A stretch of DNA of 63,146 bases, counting the filler, from Octopus bimaculoides (Eukaryota): assembly GCF_001194135.2 (NCBI RefSeq). It is 6 parts of 5 records of this genome, joined end to end, with 100 filler letters (N's around TTAATTAATTAA, not from the genome) between each part and the next. Parts side by side here need not be neighbours in the genome. Positions count along the whole stretch, not along the records: positions 31,855 to 53,586 come from NC_068986.1; positions 53,687 to 56,833 come from NW_026425653.1; positions 56,934 to 60,983 come from NC_069005.1; positions 61,084 to 63,146 come from NW_026360381.1; 2 more parts are not named here. The stretch is one strand, 5' to 3'. The translations under genes and the position numbers were made by a program. Under the pieces are notes generated by a model, which was given only the letters and a program-made list of their open reading frames with translations, had not been told where the DNA came from and did not search any database. Positions 52,071 through 63,146 of this stretch are shown here, piece by piece; position 1 is the stretch's first letter; each line of letters opens with the position of its first letter.

Positions 52071-53686
52071 CTTTGTGATTTCAAATAACATCGCCAAACT
52101 GGTTCCGTAGATGATTTCTATTTTCCACGCTTTTATGGGAAAAATATAGTGTTTTGGATAATTCAACTGCCTGAAGACTTTTTCAGGCGATGTATTCTCA
52201 TTCTCTCAAAGATTTTCTTCAAGATAAAGAATAATCAACTTTGAACGGCAATAGTTTAGTTAACGCCTGGTCTACACTATTTACAACCCGAAATCAGTGT
52301 TTAAGTTCTTGAATATTGGACCGAAGTCAGAACTTGTTAGCATAATCATGAACACGTAGACATGTGCAATTCGGTGCATATCTAACTACAATAAGGTGTT
52401 TCACTAGATACGTCACAGAGAGAAGTATTGAAAACTACTTTCAGTGAGCCTAGATTATTTTCCCTTCGTCAAATTTGTAGGTATGGACGACTCGATTCTT
52501 AGCAGCTATTATCAGAGCATTTAAATTCAGTTATTTTCCAAGGGTTAGAGCGTTTTGAATGAGTAAACCTCTATAAGCAATGGACAAGCTATAGTCGAAC
52601 AATTGTATTTCCCATTTCGATCACAGAACCACTTGGAATAGGTATCCTTCAATCATCTGATAGCTGCACTAATTCTTGAGCTATTATTGCTAATGGGGAT
52701 CATTGCAGGACGAAATAGGAACATGTCAGAAGTATATGTGAACGACGTAGATATATAGTTGTTTGATAAATTGGAGGTCTTTGATGGCGGTATGTTTCAA
52801 AATCATTAGTAGATGTTGGAGGAGCGTGGAAATAACACCGGCCTGCTACATGTTATTGTGTGCTTCGTTGATTTATCTGCTAATTGTGCTTACTATGCTA
52901 GTCTCGAGACGAGCGTCTTGTGATGTTTAGGACAAGAGATATACGGTCGAAAACATGAAAGGTTAAATATTTCATCTTTGAGCAAATAACGCTTAGAATT
53001 TTGAAGCTGTGCACACCTTGAGAAAATGGAACAAATCTTATTGCAAACCGCCAGGTAAGGTGAATACGGAAGTACTTTTAAGAGAGGGACTCCTGCACTT
53101 ATGGTCAGAGTTACCATGGGTGTGTAGTAAATACTGGCATTCTCGATGTATTATATATAAATAATTCTAATGATTACTCATATAGATCATATAATGTATC
53201 TTCATGTATGAATATAAGGGGTTAAGGTTTCAAACAGGAGAATTCACGGTGAGGAGACAACCCAAAGGGTGATATTTAGCATTTTAAACAGATTTATAGA
53301 TATATGCATGCGTTCCCACACACGCGAACACGTACGCACGAACACACACAGAGAGGAACATACACATACAATAGTTATCAGAGCGTTCGAAGTTTGGGCA
53401 CTAGGTTGTCCATTTTTCTGGCGTTCTTTCTAGAGCTAAGACGATATTTTTTTTTACGCCTGCCGCCCGCACACATCTGTGCCTCTACACATTCGATGAA
53501 GCTTTATCTAGCGTCGAATGATTATCGACTTCGATTCCCTGCAGAAATTGTTACCTTGTTGCGCACTATTTCTTGTATATATATATNNNNNNNNNNNNNN
53601 NNNNNNNNNNNNNNNNNNNNNNNNNNNNNNTTAATTAATTAANNNNNNNNNNNNNNNNNNNNNNNNNNNNNNNNNNNNNNNNNNNN

Positions 53687-56600
53687 GAAAGAACGAACGT
53701 AATTACGTACGTATATAAGTACCTACGTACGAACGAGCGTAAATACGTCCGTACGTACGTAACAACGAATGAACGAACAAAGAAATGAACGTTCGTTCGT
53801 ATTTAGTAACGTACGTACGTTCGTTCGTTGGATCGTTCGTACGTACGNNNNNNNNNNGAACAAAGAAATGAACGTTCGTTCGTATTTAGTAACGTACGTA
53901 CGTTCGTTCGTTGGATCGTTCGTACGTACGTACGTTCATTCGTTCTATCGTTCTTATGTTCGTTTAGTCGTTAGTTTGTTCATTCGTTCGCACTTTTGTC
54001 CGTAGATACGTACGCACGTACATTAATTCATTCGTACGTACGTACCCACGTACCTATTTGCTTACGTACGTGCGTTTGATCGTCCTTTCCTTTGTTCATT
54101 CGTACTTTCGTTCGTTCATTCATTCTTTCGTTTGTTTCGTTCGTTCCTTCGTTAGTTTCGTACGTACGTTCGTTTGTTCTTTCGATCGTTCGTTAGTTTG
54201 TACGTACGTACCTACCTACTTACGTACGTTCGTTTGTTCCTTCGTACGTACGTTCGTTCGTTCATTCATTCATACGTATATACATATGTAAATACTTACG
54301 TTCGTTCGTTCATTTCGTTGGTAAGCTCGTTCGTACGTACGAATGAGCGAACGAACAAGCGAACGTACGTATAATCGTACTTACATATGTATGTGTGAAT
54401 GAACGAACGTACGTACGTACAAATGTACGAACGNNNNNNNNNNNNNNNNNNNNNNNNNNNNNNNNNNNNNNNNNNNNNNNNNNNNNNNNNNNNNNNNNNN
54501 NNNNNNNNNNNNNNNNNNNNNNNNNNNNNNNNNNNNNNNNNNNNNNNNNNNNNNNNNNNNNNNNNNNNNNNNNNNNNNNNNNNNNNNNNNNNNNNNNNNN
54601 NNNNNNNNNNNNNNNNNNNNNNNNNNNNNNNNNNNNNNNNNNNNNNNNNNNNNNNNNNNNNNNNNNNNNNNNNNNNNNNNNNNNNNNNNNNNNNNNNNNN
54701 NNNNNNNNNNNNNNNNNNNNNNNNNNNNNNNNNNNNNNNNNNNNNNNNNNNNNNNNNNNNNNNNNNNNNNNNNNNNNNNNNNNNNNNNNNNNNNNNNNNN
54801 NNNNNNNNNNNNNNNNNNNNNNNNNNNNNNNNNNNNNNNNNNNNNNNNNNNNNNNNNNNNNNNNNNNNNNNNNNNNNNNNNNNNNNNNNNNNNNNNNNNN
54901 NNNNNNNNNNNNNNNNNNNNNNNNNNNNNNNNNNNNNNNNNNNNNNNNNNNNNNNNNNNNNNNNNNNNNNNNNNNNNNNNNNNNNNNNNNNNNNNNNNNN
55001 NNNNNNNNNNNNNNNNNNNNNNNNNNNNNNNNNNNNNNNNNNNNNNNNNNNNNNNNNNNNNNNNNNNNNNNNNNNNNNNNNNNNNNNNNNNNNNNNNNNN
55101 NNNNNNNNNNNNNNNNNNNNNNNNNNNNNNNNNNNNNNNNNNNNNNNNNNNNNNNNNNNNNNNNNNNNNNNNNNNNNNNNNNNNNNNNNNNNNNNNNNNN
55201 NNNNNNNNNNNNNNNNNNNNNNNNNNNNNNTAGGAACGATCGAACGAACGTACGAAAGAACTAACGTACGAACGAACAAAATTAAGGAACGAACGATTGA
55301 ACGTATATACGTACATACGTAAGAATGAACGTACGAACGAGCGGTCGTACGTACGAATGAATGAACGTACGTACGAACGATCGAACGCAGGGAAGAACGA
55401 AGTAACGAATGAACGTACGGACGTAAGAACGAACGAACGAAAGAAAGAACGAACGTAATTACGTACGTATATAAGTACCTACGTACGAACGAACGTAAAT
55501 ACATCCGTAACAACGAATGAACGAACGAAGTAGGTACATATGTACGTACGAAGGAACGAACGTACGCGCGTACGTTCTGTCATTCTAACGCACGTACGTT
55601 CGTATTTAGTAACGTACGTACGTTCATTCGTTCTTACGTGCGTTCGGTCGTTAGTTTGTTCATTCGTTCGCTCTTTTGTCCGTAGGTACGTACGCACGTA
55701 CATTAATTCATTCGTACGTACGTACCCACGTACATATGTGCTTACGTACGTACGTGCGTTTGATCGTCCTTTCGTTTGTTCATTTGTTTGTTTCGTTCGT
55801 TCCTTCGTTAGTTTCGTACGTACGTTCGTTTGTTCTTTCGTTCGTTCGATCGTACGTTCGTTTGTTCCTTCGTACGTACGTTCGTTCGTTCCTTCGTACG
55901 TACGTTCGTTCATTCATTCATACGTATATACATATGTAAATACGTACGTTCGTTCGTTCATTTCGTTGGTAAGCTCGTTCGTACGAACGAATGAGCGAAC
56001 GAACAAACGAACGTACGTATATTCGTACTTACATATGTATGTATGAATGAACGAACGAACGAGCGTGCGTATGTTCGCACGTAGATATGTATGAATGAAC
56101 GAACGTGCGTACAAATGTACGAACGAAAGAATGTACGTACGTACGTACCATCGAAGGTACGTATGTACGAACGAACGATCGTACGTATGAACAAATGATC
56201 GAAGGACTGAAAGAACGTGCGTACGTAAGTAAGTTCGTACGTACGAACGAATATACGAAAGAAGGAACGTAATTACGAACGAACGTACGTACGAAAGAAC
56301 TAACGAACGAACGTCCGTACGTATGTAAGAACGAACGAACGATCGAGCGAACAAACGAACGAACAAAGAAACGAAAGAACGAACGAATGAATGATTGAAC
56401 GAACGAAAGAACGTAATTACGTACGAACGAACGTACATAGGTACGTATATAAGTACCTACGTACGAAAGAACGTAAATACGTCCGTACGTACGTAACATA
56501 GAAGGAACGAACAAACAAATGAACGAACTAACGAACGAACGTACGAAACATGAAAGAACGTAAGTACGTACGTAAGAAGGAACGAACAAATGTAGGCACA

Positions 56601-56833
56601 TACGTACGAACGAACAAGCGTACGTACGACGGAACGAACGAACGAGCGAAAGATTGAAAGAACGAACGTACGAAAAAAAAAACGAACGAGCAAAGAAATG
56701 AACGTACGTATGTACGTACGAACAAACGAACGGAAGAACGTATGTATGTATGTACGTACGAACGTACGTAAGTAGGTAGTACTTACGTACGTACGAACGA
56801 ACGAACAAAGTAACGAACGTACGGACGTTCGGT
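53687..56833. repeat. CpG-rich complex satellite of ACGT/ACGA/AAGA/ATGA words with higher-order and inverted structure
   Basis: Whole contig between two scaffold joins; diagnostic blocks recur (gttggtaagctcgttc at about 54317 and 55965; gtatataagtacctacgtacga at about 53711, 55467 and 56446). Confidence 0.9.
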
Positions 56834-57239
56834 NNNNNNNNNNNNNNNNNNNNNNNNNNNNNNNNNNNNNNNNNNNNTTAATTAATTAANNNNNNNNNNN
56901 NNNNNNNNNNNNNNNNNNNNNNNNNNNNNNNNNTTTTCGGATGATCCTTCTTCCATTGCTGAATAGTAAAAGAAGAAAAAAAAGCGTATATAAGGCATAT
57001 ATATATATATAGTGCACGCTCTACCTTTTATTTACGTTGATAATTGCATCAAGCTACTATCAAGCTACGTCAAAAACGTTCAGAGTAAACTGTGTTCTAC
57101 GTGAGAAATTGTACAAGCATTCGAAGTTTCAAACTGTTTAGTTTTAAAAAAAATTAATAAAAAAATCTGTGATTGAGATGGAATAGATCCAAATTTACTT
57201 AAATCTGAAATTATACATTCAAATTAGTAATGTGAATAT

Positions 57240-57936
57240 CTAATATTAAGTAGACATGTCCTTTGTATTTTTCAATACAAGGACCCTATCAGGCATACTA
57301 CTGATCAGATGACGAATATTCTTTTCAGGAATTTCTTGCCAAGTTTCATGCAGTATCTCAAAAGATATGCCTTTGAGGATGTTTTCTTGTTCTTTTTACG
57401 AAGTGTCCTGTCCATTATGTCCCAGATGTTTTCAATAGGATTCATATCTAGTGACTAGCTTGGCCACGGAAGCTTCTTAATGTCATTCTTTTCCAACCGG
57501 TCTTTTTAGCCGTGTGACAAGGAGCCCCATCTTCCATAAATAAAGAGTCTTCTTTAATCATTTTACTACTGGAGAAGATTGGGAGGAATCCATTTTGCTG
57601 CTCTCCCATAGTAACCAAGTTTGTAGAGATACCTGACAGCTGTTCTGGGACTGACATCAACTTGTTCTGCTATGTCAGAGGCCTTGCAACAAGGATTATT
57701 CAACACACTTCTCTTAACAAAGCGAAGGGTCCTGTCAGAGGACGATGGTTGACCTGGGCGAGATGATGTGGACTCCTTCTCTTCTCTGGTGAATTTTACA
57801 ATCACTCTATTAACTGTAGAGAGCAGGATTCCAAGTTTTCTGCGATTTTACGCTGGTGAAGTCCACCTACAGATTGACTAACAATACGGTTTCTTTGAAA
57901 TCCGGTCAGTTCTAAGGCTTCTTTTGTACGTGGTAT
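57240..57936 (-). pseudogene. Tc1-like (DD34E) transposase remnant with internal deletion
   Basis: [19 protein letters not shown]...RPGQP...GYYGRAAK joined directly to GFLP...FMEDGAPCHTAKKT..LEKNDIKKLPWPS*SLDMNPIENIW...; the first catalytic Asp region is deleted; frameshifts and stops present. Confidence 0.9.
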
Positions 57937-58061
57937 GATTAAACAGTCACATAGAGAAACTGAACCATAAAAATGTCAATTAATAAAAACTATATACCTT
58001 TTCAAGTTGAAATAAACATAAAACGATGTTTTATGGAGTCTCTCTTTAATTCTGTCATTTA

Positions 58062-58647
58062 TATGTGTGGGTGTGTGGTAAGAAGCTTGGGACNNNNNNN
58101 NNNNNNNNNNNNNNNNNNNNNNNNNNNNNNNNNNNNNNNNNNNNNNNNNNNNNNNNNNNNNNNNNNNNNNNNNNNNNNNNNNNNNNNNNNNNNNNNNNNN
58201 NNNNNNNNNNNNNNNNNNNNNNNNNNNNNNNNNNNNNNNNNNNNNNNNNNNNNNNNNNNNNNNNNNNNNNNNNNNNNNNNNNNNNNNNNNNNNNNNNNNN
58301 NNNNNNNNNNNNNNNNNNNNNNNNNNNNNNNNNNNNNNNNNNNNNNNNNNNNNNNNNNNNNNNNNNNNNNNNNNNNNNNNNNNNNNNNNNNNNNATATAT
58401 ATGCATGCATGTTTGTATATATTTATGTGTCTGTGTTTGTCCCCACACCATCACTTGACAACCGATGCTGGTGTGTTTACCTTCCCGTAACTTTGCAGTT
58501 CGTCAAAAGAGACAGATAGCATGAGCACTAGGCTTACAAAGAATAAGTGCTGGGGTCGATTGCTTCGACTAAAAACCCTTGAAGGCGGTGCTCCAGCATG
58601 TTCACAGTCAAAATGACTGAAACAAGTAAAAAGTAAAAGAAAAGAAT
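58062..58647 (+). mobile_element. SINE family A spanning an N gap
   Basis: gtgtggtaagaagcttg before the gap; ttgacaaccgatgctggtgtgttt...ggcggtgctccagcatg tail after it. Confidence 0.85.
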
Positions 58648-58814
58648 ACATGCATACATACATTCACACATACATACATACATTCACACATACATACATT
58701 CACACACACATACATACATACATTCACACATACATACATNNNNNNNNNNCATACATACATACATTCACACATACATACATACATACATACATACATACAT
58801 ACATACATACATAC

Positions 58815-59122
58815 AGAGCCGGTTTTAAGCCAACTTGACAGATTTATTTACAATGGGCCCCGTGTCAAGAGAGGGCTCCGCTCCAAGAGAGGGGCCGCGC
58901 CGAGAGGGCCCCGCGCTAAGAGAAGACTCGCGCACATGCGCGAGCGGAAGATGCTATGACGATTTTTTTGTGTATCACTGGCTAATGGTGGAGCCTTAAG
59001 CTCTCTGCTTTTTGGTTGGGACTATACGAAGCATAAAACATCAGTCTTCAGCTTTTGTAGTGTGAAGGACCCCACTGACAATTCTCTAGTTGGACCCTGC
59101 ACTCCCTATCCTGATAACCCTG
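58815..59122. mobile_element. Possible hAT-type MITE remnant in a (CATA)n tract
   Basis: Starts cagagccggttttaag, has GC-rich gggcccc/gggccgcgc subterminal-like motifs, ends ccctg; TIR match weak and no clear TSD. Confidence 0.35.
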
Positions 59123-59436
59123 ATAACATACATACTAGGAAGCTGGCTCTTCTTACTGGTTTATATCTTTGTGGGAACATAAACCCTTAAGTGTGAGACT
59201 GTGTAGGGAGTGAGAAATTGCAGAGTCTGTAGATTGCTGGAAATGTGGTCATATAAGGGGAGTGGAATGGTGGGGTAGACTGTAGGTTGCTGCATGGTGG
59301 AATCGGCAGAGCTCTGGGAAATGCAAAACATTACAAACTCAAATGCATACAAATACTCACACACGCGCGCATACGCACATAATAAAGCATACACACAGTC
59401 ACAACACCTTTTATTGAAGTTCAAATGTATTCTTAC

Positions 59437-59541
59437 CTCAATCAAGTTTCGACCGTCACGTCTTAATCCGGTTTTGTTGACATATTCCGGATCAGTAGCA
59501 TTTTTCGGTAAGAAATTACTTCGACCTCCACCAAGTATAAC
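59437..59541 (-). CDS. Internal exon of an alkaline phosphatase (ALPL/ALPI-like) gene
   Basis: Acceptor tatttgcag, 105 bp phase 0-0 encoding VILGGGRSNFLPKNATDPEYVNKTGLRRDGRNLIE, donor gtaaga. Matches the alkaline phosphatase VI(M/L)GGGR..(M/F)xP...TDxEY...GxRxDGxNL motif. Confidence 0.92.
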
Positions 59542-60289
59542 CTGCAAATACACAAAGGACTATGAAATAGTTTCTACATGTTCGGTCACCAAGCGAGAAA
59601 CAGCAGCCAAATCTCACCTAAATTGCATCTAAAGTGTTTTAATTAATAAACAATACTATGTTTGGATAAACTACGCGCGAAGAAAAATTAGACGGAATAG
59701 TCAAGAATGAAACGTCTTTGAATCTAGTTATTCTACTCAGTCGGGACTGGCCAGCAGCTAAACAACAACTACAAATGGACAAGACAATGGTCTATCGATC
59801 TTCTAGAGAACATCAGTGTCGATTGATCACACGGCAATTATACTCTCCCGCAAAGCACCGTCTTCTAAGATAAACATCCAGAAACGAAAGAAAGGAACCA
59901 GGTCGGCATCGACAACAAGAAGCGGAAGTGTTGGGATTTAAAAGGAACAGGAAGAGGTCTGAAACGTAAAATGTATAGGTAAGTAGTGGCAGAAATGGAC
60001 ATCAGAAATAGATCGGTTGAATGTAGTTTCTGAATCAAGGATGGTGGACTGAAATATCTAACGAACAACAGGACTAGCAGGCAGTAAACGAGTTGTAGGA
60101 TAATTCTGTACGTACATATGCATGTCTCTAAATGTGTCAACGAAATTATTAAAATACTTTTAGCCTGTTGTTGATGCCGCGGGGTGCGGACATGCACAAA
60201 TTGAAGATGAGTTTTTGATCACGAAATTATCTAGTAGAAAAATGTCCAAAAATAATCTAAAAACAGAAATGGTGGAGAATATAACCAGA

Positions 60290-60700
60290 GAATTGACATA
60301 GCAGACTACAGGTTTGGAAAGAACAAAATCTTTTAACAGACATCGAGGAAATGGTCACAAGCGATTGGCATTGCGTCGGCAGTGCAATGCCTAACTAACA
60401 TTTAATACAGTACATTACATTGTAGGCTGTACAAGTTGAGTGGTCGGATATTTGGGATGTGATCTTAAGGCTCCGTAAATTTGGATTTTAAAAATGTTCT
60501 CCCAACTTATGTAATTTTGTTTGCTGATTGCGAAAATTACATTCATTGAAAAAACTTCAGGTGTTTGGAAAAAAAATTAACAAGACCTTCAAGTTGTGAT
60601 ATCGCAGATGCGCTAAGGGCAGGATCAGATGGCCGTTCTGTATCGAGTATGAGCGGAGTTGGAAGAACTGACGACCAGGAAATCCTGTAGAAGGGTATGG
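60290..60700 (+). mobile_element. Possible highly decayed RTE-like LINE 3' remnant
   Basis: LLTDIEEMV... and a terminal caggatcagatggccgttctgtatcgagtatgagcggagttgg segment loosely resemble the end of an RTE ORF; many stops. Confidence 0.3.
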
Positions 60701-61374
60701 TTGGCATAGTACTAAAGTACTAATCAGCAGCAAAAATATTCAGAAGCGAATATTTATATAGATATTAATATTGTTATTATTATCGAAGGCAATACAGATA
60801 GTTGCTACTGATTAGTACTTTTCAAACTGAGGCTGTCCGCACCTTGTTGCTTAACGATTAAGGACGCCAGCAGATTTCAACGTGGCGGATTGGGAAGGTG
60901 TTTCATAGGGTTAAGATGTGCTAAAGAAATTAAGATTTTTGTATCAAACCATAAACATGTCCACATATATAACTGTTCCATTANNNNNNNNNNNNNNNNN
61001 NNNNNNNNNNNNNNNNNNNNNNNNNNNTTAATTAATTAANNNNNNNNNNNNNNNNNNNNNNNNNNNNNNNNNNNNNNNNNNNNGACGAGTGACTATATTT
61101 TTGAATAGATTTAATTGTAGATCGATTTGATTAATAATCGAATTATCAATGGAATTAGTTTTATTAGTTATCTATTAGAAAATATAGCCACGAAACCTGC
61201 GTAGTCATTTTATACCATTTACTAGTTATTCTTTTACGTACTTAATTGATTTTTAGAATAAGATTTTTATGATATATTTATTTTTTAGAGGGTATGAATT
61301 ACATTCTTCATTATTGAATTAATTAATAGTGGTTTTTCTCTAAATTATATACATGTATTATATATATGTATGTG

Positions 61375-62272
61375 TGCGTGTGGTCTCATCAATAAGTATC
61401 CGGACTGTTGCTATACTAACGAAGCTAAAGCACTGAGAGTTAAGCAACTTCGCACATATTGACCTTGAACTTTTCTGTGCATGTGCACTACGTTTTAACG
61501 TTTTAGCTCACTTTTGCTGAATACAGCAGTGTTTGGAAGGAAAGTGTGTAGCGTGTAATCGTTGCATTGAAAATGATAGAGAAAGTTGAGCAGAAAATCT
61601 GCAACAAATTTGGTCAAAAGCTTGGCAATTCCTGCTCAGAAGCCTACACAAAGTTTTCAAAAAGTTTTCATTGTTCTCAACACAGTCAAGAAGATCTTGT
61701 GCAACTGAAACCCAAGTGTCTTTTTGGTCAGCTGAAAGCAGTTTTAGCACAAACTTGGTAGACACACGTCTCATATCCAGATCTTCAGTGATAACGGACT
61801 GAACTGAACCGTAACTAATCTGTACATCCTTTGATAACTCATGAATGGAGATTCGACTATTTCCCTTCACAGCTGCACGCACATCTGCGATGTTTTTCTC
61901 AGTGCTACTGGTTGTGGGTCTCCCAGAATGTTCGTCAATATCGACATTTTTCGGCTGTCTTGGAAACGTCTGAACCACTCTTACACTTGTGTGTGACTCA
62001 TGCACTCCTCTCCATAAACTTTCTGCAACTTTGCATAGGCCTCTGAGCAGGAATCGCTATGACATTGTTCTCTGTCATGACCAATGCAACGATTACATGC
62101 TACACACATTCCTTTCAAGCACTGCTGTTAACGGTAGAAGTGACCTGGATTGTTAAAACGTAATACACATACACAGTAGAGTTTAAGATCAATCTGTGCC
62201 AAGCAGTTTCACTCTGTGTGCTTTAGCTTCATTACTATGGCCACTGACCAGATACTTATTGATCAGACCTCG

Positions 62273-62274
<2 letters not shown>
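61375..62274. mobile_element. Foldback mariner-derived element made of two oppositely oriented 5' ends
   Basis: TIR (tacgag)gtctgatcaataagtatc at both ends; arm homology extends about 280 bp. The minus arm encodes mariner HTH sequence (DEHSGRPTTS...VRAAVKGNSRISIHELS...LDMRRVSTKFVLKLL...ENFLKT) and stops just before the first catalytic Asp. Confidence 0.85.
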
Positions 62275-62313
<39 letters not shown>

Positions 62314-63146
62314 NNNNNNNNNNNNNNNNNNNNNNNNNNNNNNNNNNNNNNNNNNNNNNNNNNNNNNNNNNNNNNNNNNNNNNNNNNNNNNNNNNNNNNN
62401 NNNNNNNNNNNNNNNNNNNNNNNNNNNNNNNNNNNNNNNNNNNNNNNNNNNNNNNNNNNNNNNNNNNNNNNNNNNNNNNNNNNNNNNNNNNNNNNNNNNN
62501 NNNNNNNNNNNNNNNNNNNNNNNNNNNNNNNNNNNNNNNNNNNNNNNNNNNNNNNNNNNNNNNNNNNNNNNNNNNNNNNATATCATATCAAAGGCAAATG
62601 GAAATTAATAAAGATTTTCACTTCCAAGTGGCCTAGCGTATAAAAATTTAGTCCAAAGACTATGAATTACTCATAAGGTACAGTGTATATTAAAATACAT
62701 AAGAGGAATCCACTCATGGGATTCCTTACGCTAAAAAGAACAGCTAGGTTCTAGAACCCCAACATTAGAGATAAAATCCCGAAAGGAACGAAATGATAAA
62801 TAAAAACTTTTACCATCTCTTCTCCTGGGCCAATTGGTTTCTGACTTTAGTTTAGCAAATAAGATAATTTGCTAGGTGAAGTCGTTTTCAACATGTACAC
62901 TTAAGACTAAAATATATAAACACGAGGCAATCTGAAAAAACTAGGATGTATAAACACTCAGACAGATACAGGAGTACGTCCTCAAATGAAACATCCCCTG
63001 TACTAAATAGGAGATATATGTAGAAGTTGGTCATACCCCCAATACCCACAGTTCATATATAAACCGGTAGAGTTGTTAGTAGGCTGTTATGTAGACGTAT
63101 ATATATGCGTGTGTGTGTGTGTGCATATATATGTGTGCATATATAT

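Noticed and set aside
54058-56808. Long RSFVRTYV-repeat ORFs (up to 405 aa)
   Set aside because: By-product of the stop-poor ACGT/ACGA satellite; open on both strands and in several frames.
251-63146. Dozens of ORFs of VCVC/HTHT/YIYI/IIII/RERE/SSSS type and long X-containing ORFs
   Set aside because: Translations of di-, tri- and tetranucleotide microsatellites or N gaps; no coding signal.

Overview
Eukaryotic, AT-rich, repeat-dominated genomic DNA from a fragmented draft assembly with many N gaps and five 100-bp scaffold joins marked by TTAATTAATTAA. The SINE families and microsatellite load suggest a cephalopod such as Octopus (inference). Almost all ORF-track entries are microsatellite or gap artefacts. 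The only convincing host coding sequence is one 105-bp internal exon of an alkaline phosphatase gene (minus strand, 59437-59541). The rest is transposon debris: two Tc1 remnants, mariner-derived elements, hAT and piggyBac MITEs, a Helentron-type non-autonomous element, Tx1/L1-like, R4/Dong-like and RTE LINE pieces, at least three tRNA-derived SINE families plus a headless repeat, and a CpG-rich ACGT/ACGA satellite. The most notable observations are: (i) a tRNA-headed element carrying a minimal hammerhead-ribozyme motif with an inverted 3' duplicate (retrozyme/Sm-alpha-like, 40818-41152); (ii) a TSD-flanked 1.7-kb gag-only LINE derivative (9489-11193); (iii) a TSD-flanked bipartite RTE derivative (49039-49960); (iv) a foldback mariner built from two 5' ends (61375-62274); (v) a satellite that repeatedly flips strand at palindromes. 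All coordinates and alignments were read by eye; no database searches were run.
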